Shown here: in pieces, positions 19,318 through 28,500 of the stretch
Numbering within the stretch: the stretch's first letter is position 1
How the letters are laid out: each line of letters starts with the position of its first letter
NCBI GenBank assembly: GCA_028700655.1
Contig: JAQVSG010000001.1
Location: forward strand, 40,507 to 104,506
DNA length: 64,000 nt
Origin: Caldisericia bacterium
GTDB taxonomy: Bacteria > Caldisericota > Caldisericia > UBA6126
Direction of reading: 5' to 3'
The notes under the pieces: model-generated
Databases searched by the model: none
What the model saw: the letters and a program-made list of their open reading frames with translations, nothing else
What the model was told of the DNA's origin: nothing
Translations under genes and position numbers: made by a program

Positions 19318-21142
19318 CTTCCTATATTCCTTGGCTTTTTTATGTTATGGAATCACATTTTTCCTTTTTATTCGTTTATTGATATGGAAAAAACTAAGTA
19401 AAAAATACTACTGGACAGCAAAATCGAAACTTTCACTTGCCGATGTAAAGATGATATCAGCTTTTGAGGACATACCACTTCCATTCATTTCTATTATGAT
19501 CCCTGCGAAAAACGAAAGCGCTGTCATCCGACACACTATTCACAATGCTATACACTTGAGTTATCCATCCCATCGATATGAGCTGCTTGTTATTGTAGAT
19601 GAAAGAGAACATATTGAAAATGAGAAGAGAATTGAAAAAGTATGGGAAGAAATTACCAAATGGAGAAAAGAAGTTGGGAATTCTCAACCATTTGATAAAA
19701 GAAGAGTAGATTTTTCTTTTAAATCCATTTCGAAAGAGTTACAACAAGCTGTATTGATGTACAAAATGAAGCATCTGTTATGGGGTCCTTTTTACCATGA
19801 ATTGTATGTAGAATTTTCGTCGACACTTTCTTATACATCCGATCCCTCTGTTTTGCATGCTCTGAAATGTTCTCTAGAAGAAGCGTTAAAGAAAATGCCC
19901 TACACTCGAAAAGATGTCAAAAAATGCTTAATGATATCCTTACAGAAAGCATTTCCCTCGACAGAACGTGTGGTTCTAAAGAAGATGATGTTGAAACTGG
20001 AAGAGACTATTTATTCTTTTGTGCATACAATTTCTATTCACGAATTGCAAGATATTACAAGAGACGACGTAAGAGATGCCTTTCCCACCACAAAGTCTAT
20101 AGCAGAAGATATGATGGAAGATGCTTCCAAACAAGGTGTAATGTTGAAGGTTGTTTCGGTTCCTACGAATTACACAGGCGTGTATCCTCGAACCTATACA
20201 AATCAGAATACCCATTCTACAAAAGGAAGAGCTCTAAATTATGCCCTAGACGAGGTAGATTCTTTGACAGATATAGTCGGGTTTTACGATGCCGAAAGTC
20301 GCCCGGACCACTCAGTTCTTCTGCACGTCGCCAAAGTATATTTGCAAAAGAAAGAAAACCTTCCCATTCTACAAGGACCTCTTTACCAAGTCCGAAACTA
20401 TTATACAATGGGTCTTGTTTCGCGCATTGGAGGTCTTTTTAAGGCCGTATCCCACGAGTGGTATCTTCCTATCATTTTTAAAAAAGTTCCGTTTGTAGGG
20501 GGTACCAATCTATTTGTTTCGAAAGCACTGCTGTTCAAAATTCACGGTTTTAACCCCGAGGCTTTAACCGAAGACTTGGATCTTGGGATTCGAGCCTATA
20601 TGATGCATAACGTTCATGTAGAGTTTCTGCCCGTGATTTCTACAGAGCAGACTCCTCCTTTTTGGAGTCAGTTTTTTAAACAACGATTGCGTTGGGCTTC
20701 AGGTCACCTGCAAGTGATGAGTGAGATACGAAAGACACACCGTGAATTATACTGGCAGTTGTTCTGGAAAGGACCTTTTGAGTGGGTTTTATACCAATTT
20801 TCTGCGATTGTTGTCATTCTTATGAATATCGGGTTTATAGTGTCTAAAATGGGGTGGATTCCAAAACAAATGATTCCTGTTAACCCTGTTTTACAAATGG
20901 TTCTTTTATTTATGAACATTCCTTACATTTTTTTCTCTTTTTACTGTTTTTATCACTACCAGTTCACTTTTGAAAAACATTTTCTATCACTGGATTCTTT
21001 TCCAGGAATGGAATGTATAAAACTAGTTTTATCGAGTGTGCTGGTGTTTCTTCTTCCTCTGCCCTATATCTGGGCGTTGATTCTTCACATTCTCGATAAA
21101 AAACCTAAAACCTGGGTGAAAACCCCAAGAACCTGTGAATAA
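19307..21142 (+). CDS. Membrane-bound processive family-2 glycosyltransferase, paralog of 9245..10669, with a large internal insertion
   Basis: The track start is 19211. I prefer the ATG at 19307 (MRANFLYSLAFLCYGITFF, a TM segment right after the start), which overlaps the upstream gene by 11 nt. 19286 is an alternative start. Motifs: IMIPAKNESAVI, STKGRALNYAL, FYDAESR, QRLRWASG, ending TWVKTPRTCE. Confidence 0.8.
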   Translation: MRANFLYSLAFLCYGITFFLFIRLLIWKKLSKKYYWTAKSKLSLADVKMISAFEDIPLPFISIMIPAKNESAVIRHTIHNAIHLSYPSHRYELLVIVDEREHIENEKRIEKVWEEITKWRKEVGNSQPFDKRRVDFSFKSISKELQQAVLMYKMKHLLWGPFYHELYVEFSSTLSYTSDPSVLHALKCSLEEALKKMPYTRKDVKKCLMISLQKAFPSTERVVLKKMMLKLEETIYSFVHTISIHELQDITRDDVRDAFPTTKSIAEDMMEDASKQGVMLKVVSVPTNYTGVYPRTYTNQNTHSTKGRALNYALDEVDSLTDIVGFYDAESRPDHSVLLHVAKVYLQKKENLPILQGPLYQVRNYYTMGLVSRIGGLFKAVSHEWYLPIIFKKVPFVGGTNLFVSKALLFKIHGFNPEALTEDLDLGIRAYMMHNVHVEFLPVISTEQTPPFWSQFFKQRLRWASGHLQVMSEIRKTHRELYWQLFWKGPFEWVLYQFSAIVVILMNIGFIVSKMGWIPKQMIPVNPVLQMVLLFMNIPYIFFSFYCFYHYQFTFEKHFLSLDSFPGMECIKLVLSSVLVFLLPLPYIWALILHILDKKPKTWVKTPRTCE

Positions 21143-21229
21143 AACAATCTTCTGAAAATCTCAGACATTTCCATATTCCCGCTATATTTTGCAAAAAGTA
21201 AAAATATTTCGATTTTTTTCTAATTTCTA

Positions 21230-21258
21230 TTGACACAAAGTAAAACTTTTTGTAAATT
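21230..21258 (+). promoter_or_regulatory. Sigma-70-type promoter for the AAA+ ATPase gene, likely giving a leaderless mRNA
   Basis: TTGACA (21230-21235), a 17-nt spacer, then TAAATT (21253-21258). The A of the ATG at 21265 is the 7th nt after the -10 hexamer. There is no Shine-Dalgarno sequence. Confidence 0.5.
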
Positions 21259-21264
21259 AAGCAT

Positions 21265-22455
21265 ATGCGAATAGATCGATTTAAGGAACGGGACATTTTA
21301 AAACAAGTTGAACCGTATCGTGAATCGAAAGAAGCAGTAATTATCACAGGTATGAGGAGGACCGGGAAGACTACTCTTTTACAGTATTTATTCGAGACAA
21401 CGGAATCAGAGAACAAGCTTCTACTAGATTTAGAAAATCCGTTAAATCGAAAGTATTTTGAAGAAGAGAATTTTGATAAAATACAGGCTTCTTTAGAAAT
21501 TCTCGGTATAAATTTTAGTGAGCCTTCGTACATTTTTTTGGATGAGATCCAGCTATTTAAGAATATTCCGAGTATTGTGAAGTATTTTATTGATCACTTC
21601 CAAACGAAGTTTTTCTTAACAGGATCAACAAACTACTATACAAGGAAGCAGTTTGAAGAATCGTTGGCTGGTCGAAAGGTTGTATTTGAGCTATATCCTC
21701 TTACCTTTAAAGAGTTTATAAAATTCAGTGGAAAAGGTTTGAATCCTCCCACCCAAAAAAGTAGTATTTCCAGGCCCATTTTCGAAAAACTTTCTACTTT
21801 GTACGATGAATATATTATGTTCGGGGGGTTTCCCGAAGTTGTTCTGAAGCAAAGTGTTACGGAAAAAAATGCTGCTTTGGACGATATATTTCGATCGTAT
21901 TTTAATCTAGAAGTTGTGCAAATGAGCAATTATCGAAAAAGTGCTGTTATCCGTGATTTAATGCTTCTTCTTATGAACCGAGCCGGGGAGAGAATTGATG
22001 TTCAGAATATTTCGCAGGAGCTTGGAATATCCAGAGCTACTACGTATTCTTATCTGGAATTCTTGGAAGGCTCCTATTTCATTAAACTTCTCAAGCCCTT
22101 TAATCTAGGATCTAAAATGGAGATTCGGAAATCGAACAAAATCTATATTTGTGATGTAGGTTTGGTTCGTCATTTTGCCCACGCGGCAGAAGATTGTTTG
22201 TTCGAGAACAGTGTTTTTCAAAATTTGCGCACAAAATGTGATATAAAATATTATGAGAGAAAAAGTGGTACACAAATACATTTCATTTGCGATGATCAAA
22301 ACAATAAAGTAGCCTACGATACAGCACTTCACCCTCGCAAGACAGACCTAACAAGACTGTCTAGAATTGCTAGTGAAATCAATGTTGATGAGTATTCTAT
22401 CATCTCAAAATACTATTGTGATTTAGAACACACAATGTACGGCTTTATGGTGTAA
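21265..22455 (+). CDS. AAA+ ATPase with a DUF4143-type C-terminal domain
   Basis: 396 aa. Walker A ITGMRRTGKTTLLQYL, Walker B YIFLDEIQ, and a C-terminal region typical of the AAA_14/DUF4143 family. It looks more AT-rich by eye than its neighbours (not computed). Confidence 0.8.
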   Translation: MRIDRFKERDILKQVEPYRESKEAVIITGMRRTGKTTLLQYLFETTESENKLLLDLENPLNRKYFEEENFDKIQASLEILGINFSEPSYIFLDEIQLFKNIPSIVKYFIDHFQTKFFLTGSTNYYTRKQFEESLAGRKVVFELYPLTFKEFIKFSGKGLNPPTQKSSISRPIFEKLSTLYDEYIMFGGFPEVVLKQSVTEKNAALDDIFRSYFNLEVVQMSNYRKSAVIRDLMLLLMNRAGERIDVQNISQELGISRATTYSYLEFLEGSYFIKLLKPFNLGSKMEIRKSNKIYICDVGLVRHFAHAAEDCLFENSVFQNLRTKCDIKYYERKSGTQIHFICDDQNNKVAYDTALHPRKTDLTRLSRIASEINVDEYSIISKYYCDLEHTMYGFMV

Positions 22456-22457
22456 CA

Positions 22458-22487
22458 TGAACCATTTGTATAACAAATCCGTATTAT
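22458..22487 (+). promoter_or_regulatory. Candidate ECF-type promoter upstream of the giant-protein genes
   Basis: TGAACC (22458-22463), an 18-nt spacer, then TATTAT (22482-22487). This can also be read as TGAACC-N16-CGTATTAT. It lies 41 nt upstream of the ATG at 22528, with AAAGGAGG at 22513-22520. Confidence 0.4.
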
Positions 22488-22527
22488 ATGAAATTCACGA
22501 GTTTCCTGCACTAAAGGAGGAACGACT

Positions 22528-25500
22528 ATGAAAAAAGGAATAGCCTTTATTGTCGCTTTTGTGTTAGCTCTTTCTCAGTTTGGTTTCTATACAGCCGTTA
22601 ATGCAATACATGCTATTGATGTTCTGGTTGTAAACCAAAGTGGCACAGACGATGTAGCCACAGGAGAAATTTCTGAATATACAATAGATTTTACTTTGGA
22701 TGAAGATGTAGCTCTTGATGATGTCATCAAGATCAAGTTTCCTACAGGTACCTCTTTTGTGAATGCAACCATCGACAAATCCAATGTTTTTGTGGACGGT
22801 ACCAATCCTACAAAAGATGCTACAGCATCGGGTACGATTCTTAGTATTCACACCCCTGCTGCCTACTCTGCGGGGGATATAATTTCTATCAATCTGCCCA
22901 TTGAAGCAGGTGTAAAAAATCCTTCCACCCAAAGCGGAAAATACAAACTGCAGGTGGGTACCTTTTTAGGGCCTAACGGGACAACGACCATCGAAAATTA
23001 TGACCAGTACTCCAACAATTACTATATTGGCCATCGATCGGAAGTTACGATTAGCCCCTCCGTAGATCCAAATTACAACACAGCAGGGGTTAAAAACATC
23101 AAAGAATTTGTAACGTGGACCATAAAGTGGAAAACTGGTAATCAGGGACACCTCACGGCTGGTAGCGATACAATAACCCTTGATTTTACTGGGAATACGA
23201 ACACTTTTCCAAAGCCAGATGGATGCTTTGACAACGGTTCTGGTGTTTATTTTATTCCGGCCACTTACATTCAAATTAACTCCAAAACACTAAAGAGTTC
23301 TGCCACTGCAACATTAAGCGGAGTTGCCCCAAACCAAACTCTTGATACAATCACCTTCACGATTCCCAATACACTTAGTGATATTTCTGCGAACGCAACC
23401 GTTACTATTATTCTGACCAATCAAGTAGGTATGTTTAACCCTCCCGCTGGGGATTATACTATCAAAGTAAATTCCAGCCGAGAAACAACCCCCATCTCGT
23501 CGCAGACAATTGCTGTTAATGATGCCGTATCATTTTATGATTTAGATGCCGTAAAAGCAGGTGTTCAGGGAGTTGTTGTAGATCCTCCCACAACGTCTAC
23601 CGTTGCCTCCTTCCAAATGGGAATCATTAACGACATCCCACTGTCCGTTGGCGTAGGTACAATAACCTTTGCCATGCCCATGACCATGACAGGAGTTCGC
23701 AACCCACCCATTACAGCAGTCCAATTTGAACATTCGATAGACGCTGGTGTAACCTGGGTTGAAACAACGTTAAAAACAGCTCCTATATTTACGGGTAGCA
23801 ATGTTGTTGTGACCGTTCCTTTAGATATTCCAGCCAACAGTCCTATCCGTGTTACTCTCACAAAAGATTTGAACATTAAAACACCCACCACCGCAGGCGC
23901 TTATAGTGTGCAAGCCATGACCTCGGCCCAACCCTATTACCGGAATTCTCCCACTTTTGCCATTGGTACAGGTGTATCGGGTGTAAAAGTAATTCCTTCT
24001 CCTGCCACCGATGATTCTGAAAATGTTCAGTATGTTGTTGAATGCAAATTAGGACAAAGTGGTGCTTTGTATAAAAGCACAGGGAAAATTTTTGTGGAAT
24101 TATTCCTCGGCAACGATCCTTTAACTTTCGATGGCATCACATTGTCCAATGGTTCTGTTTTCCTTGGAACTGGACAATATACAACCATTCCAACAGAAGT
24201 GGAAAGTCTTGGGGCAGGGATCTTTAAGTTTACGGTGTCTCCTCCACAAGACCTAAATGCCGGTGCCTCTGTAAAAATAACATTTAAACCCTCTGCAGGA
24301 TTCGTGAATCCTATTGCAGGTACATATAAAGGTATTGTTTACACCACGTCTGAGATGCTAGAATCCGAATCCGAATCGTATGAAATCCAAGATGCTATCA
24401 TGGTGGATGCGATTGATGTAGATCCTACCGCTGCAGGCGTAGATGCTGAATACACAATTACTGTGAGTATTGATGATAATCTTACCAAAAATATAGATAC
24501 TATATCTGTTGCTTTTCCTCAAGGACAAAGGCTTCCTACCACTATAACCCCGGGCGACATTTCCGTGGATGGTGTGGATGTCATATTATCCCCCAAGGTT
24601 TCCTCCAATGTCCTCACTTTTCATGTACCTATTGATATTCTCGCTGGTCCAACCTTTGATATTGTTTTGAAAAAATCTGCCAAAATTAAGAACCCAACAA
24701 CCGCTGGTATTTATAGACTGCAAGTAAATACATCCAAGCAAATTGCCTATCGCCTGTCCCCTCCCTTTAATATTGGAACCTCCGTAACGGGAATTGAAGT
24801 AATACCCTCTCCCGATACTGCCAACAGTGCCAATGTACAATACACAGTCAAATTCAAAATTGGTACCAACGGAGCGTTAACCGCAAACTCAGGCGATTTC
24901 ATATCCATTCAGTTACCCTTAGGAGAATTGCCAACGGCAGGCGCTTCTTCCATTACTGTGAACAATGATCGATGTATTGAAAACCCCACTATTACGGATC
25001 TTGGAGGAGGATTGTACGACCTTGAAGTGTATCCTCCCAAAGATTTGCGATCGGGTTCTCTTGTAACAGTAGTGTTTACAACTTCTGCTGGACTAAAAAA
25101 TCCGACGGAAGGAAACTATCGAATTACGGTCTTTACGAATAAAGAACCCATTCCTATGCAATCCGATATTTATTTAATCAAAAATGCCGTTGTCATCCAT
25201 TCTGTGGATGTAGAACCACCCGCTACAGGGGCAGAAGCAGAATACACAATAAGTATCGATATTGGGAAAAAACTGACAAAAGATATCGATACAATTACCA
25301 TTTCTTTTCCTCGCGAATCACGAATTCCTACCTCCATTAACAAGGGAAGTATTTCTATCGAAAACGATGGGGTTGTAAGAGATTTAACCCTTCCACCCAC
25401 CGTATCCAGTACTAGCATTACTCTAAAAGTTCCTGTAACCTATGATCCAACTCTCCCTGGGGCAGATCCTACTTTAATCATTGTTGTTAAACAATCTGCC

Positions 25501-28500
25501 AAAGTTCAGAACCCATCCACAGCTGGCATTTATACACTCCAAATATTGACGTCTTCGCAACCCTACTATCGAGTATCTCCCAATTATGCAATTGGTACTG
25601 CTGTAACCGACTTTAAAATTACGCCAAATCCAAAGTCCAAAAATACAGTAGATGTACAGTATAATTATGAGTTCAAAGTAGGTGCTAGCGGAGGGCTTAC
25701 GAAGAATGCAGATGAAATACATATCATCCAAAAAGTTGGTACCGCTGCTCCTCTTCCTATGCTACTACCAACATCGTCTGTAACTGTGAATGGAAAATAC
25801 ACTCAAGTTGCCACCGAAATCATTGAACCTACAAGTCCTCTTTATCCACCGGCGGCAGGATGGGTAGAAATTATTCTCCAAGTTCCCGAAGATATTCGAA
25901 ATAGCGGTACTGTAAAAATTGTGATAATGTCATCTGCAGGGCTTATTAACCCCACTGCTGGCAATTATAAGGGCGTGATATGGACCGACCAAGAGCCTAT
26001 TGCTGTTGAATCTGAATATTATCAAATTGAAGATACAATTCTGTTCTTAGGTCCTGTTATCGTAACTCCTCCTTCTGTGGGGCAGATTGCTGAATACGAA
26101 GTAAGTCTTCACTTGGATTTGGGCTTGCAAGCCAATCAAGGAACCATTACACTTGCTTTCCCAAGTGGAACTAAAGTCAATCGAACCATCCCCACCACAG
26201 GAATTACCATACAAATTGGTGCCGGTCCCGAACAAAATCTAAACATTGCTCCTCAAATATCGGGGACAAATATTACCATAACAACACCTTCCAATATTCC
26301 GGATGCAACCGATATTGTTCTTCGATTTAAAAAGAATGCAGGGGTAACAAACCCTACCACTGCGGGACTGTATCGACTGCAAGCAATGACCTCTTCACAG
26401 CCTTATTATGCCTTGTCCGAGTATTATGCAATCGGTAGTTCTATTACCGTTTTTGAAGTTACTCCTATGCCTAATAATATTGGTGGAGAAAGAGTTGTAT
26501 ACGTTGTCAAAATGAAAATCGGAGCCAATGGATTAATAGCAAACGAAGACCAGATATTCCTTAGCTTACCACTCGGTGCTCCTGCTGGAGCAGGCACTTT
26601 GCAGCCTAGCACAATCACTGTAAATGGTGAATTTACAACTCTGTCAACAAACTACCAAATTGATCCAACGTATGGTCCTCCCTATATCCAATTTGAAATA
26701 CCCACTCCTGTGGATGTGAAAGCGAATGCAGAACTCACGGTTGTTTTCTTGGAGTCGTGTGCCCTTACAAATCCTCTTACCGAAGGGATAAAATTTGGAT
26801 ATGCACACACTTCACAAGAAGATATTGAGATTAAGTCAAATCTTTACAATATTGTTGATTCTGTTGCTTTTCCAGGTATTAACCCACCTCTTGATATGCG
26901 ATCTGTGATCCCCAAATCCAACGGAATTTCTTTATCTGCTCAATATATGGTGCATTTCGTTACGTCACCTACGAAACCTCAACTCACGCAAAACTTAGAT
27001 CGTATCCATATTGTATTCCCCGATGGTACCACCGTACCATCCAGCATATCTCCAGGATCTATCTATATATCCACTGCCCCTATTTGGGGACCCGGAGACC
27101 CTGATTCTCTTACCTGTCCTCCACCCGTGGGAACAATTTTGAATCAATCCGTTACCATTACAGGACAAGAAGTATCCTTCCCTGTTCCCTTTACAGTTGC
27201 TCCTGGTTCCAATGTATATATTCTGTTTTGTAAAGATGCAGGACTGAAAAATCCTTCTAAACCACAAATTTACAATCTTTTGGTAAAAACGTCCACACAA
27301 CCCAACTATGGTATTTCACGTAACTACATTATTCGATCTACCATAACTCCTCCCGAAGTTTTCCCAGATCCACCTGTCATCAATCAAAATGCAGAATACA
27401 CAGTGCAGTTTACTCTTGGCGAAAGCGGTGCTATTACTGCAAACAATGATGATTTGTTTATAGGTTTTAACGGAGATGATTATCTAACTCCCGTAGGCAA
27501 CCTAGCTCCCTCCTCTGTGAAAGTGAATGGTGTGTATTGTACAACGTACTCCATAGTTACTGCAGGACCTGCTCTGCCGGGCAATGTTGACAATGCCCCT
27601 GGTTGGAACTTATATCGGTGGATACGAATACAATCACCAGTACATATAGAAAAAAGTTCTCAAGTAACCATTGAATTTTTACAGAGCGCCGGGTTTACTA
27701 ATCCCGCCGTTTCCAACAACTACACATGTATTGCATGGACCAATAAAGAACCCATTGCTATAGAGTCTTACCAATACACAATTGGTGATGCCGTACAAAG
27801 TTTGGAAGTACCCGCTACGCATCCCAACCCCAAAACAACTGGATCGTTTGCAGAATACCTTATTGAATTTGATCTTGGTGCAGATCCAGCTTCTCAATTG
27901 TATGCCAATACCAGTTCTATATCGGTCGAATTTCCAGAAGGTACAGCGGTTCCTTCCTATATCAACCCCGCCAATATTAAAATTGGATTTGGTGCTGTGT
28001 GCAATCCAACATTTTCTTCCGTACCTCCCATTACTGTTGAAGGGAATACCGTTACGTTCCGCGTTCCTGTTAATATTCCTGCGGGAGAACATGTTTGTGT
28101 GAAGTTTGAAAAGGGTTCTCAAATTGCCAATCCACAAGAACCAGGCTCTTATCAGTTAAAACTAAAAACTTCTTCACAACCAATTGCGGCCATTTCCAAT
28201 TACTATTCGATTCTTTCTACAAGCAGCATTCCTAGAGTTTCTGCAGCCCCACCTGCCATTAACGCCAAAAACGTTGCTTATGAAATACGTTTTAATACCG
28301 GAATCAATGGCAATATGCTGAAGGATACGGAAGACATAGTGATCGTGTTTGACCCAGCGTATATAGGAGACTATACCGTTGGTTTTGATCCCAACCCCTC
28401 TCCTTACCCAGCATTGACAACATCCATACCGCAAAATTCTGTCTATATCAATGGTATTGTGTTGAGTTCCATTCCTACTGTTGTCAATGATGCGGGAGAA

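Noticed and set aside
19867-20442. A 191-aa ORF in an alternative frame inside the second GT2 gene.
   Set aside because: It is Arg/Ser/Cys-rich with no motifs and is fully nested in a frame that carries clear GT2 motifs (KGRALNYAL, DAES).
21105-21533. A 142-aa minus-strand ORF spanning the GT2 / AAA+ ATPase intergenic region.
   Set aside because: It overlaps the promoter and 5' part of the well-supported ATPase gene on the opposite strand. It has no RBS and no recognisable domain.
27679-28137. Long antisense or alternative-frame ORFs inside the giant genes. Examples: 27679..28137(-) 152 aa, 29746..30198(-) 150 aa, 40124..40540(-) 138 aa, 5816..6262(-) 148 aa, 7392..7805(+) 137 aa.
   Set aside because: They lie entirely within long ORFs that have a strong domain signal. 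They have no RBS, show low-complexity or Arg/Cys/Ile-rich composition, and have no recognisable motifs. They are shadow ORFs.
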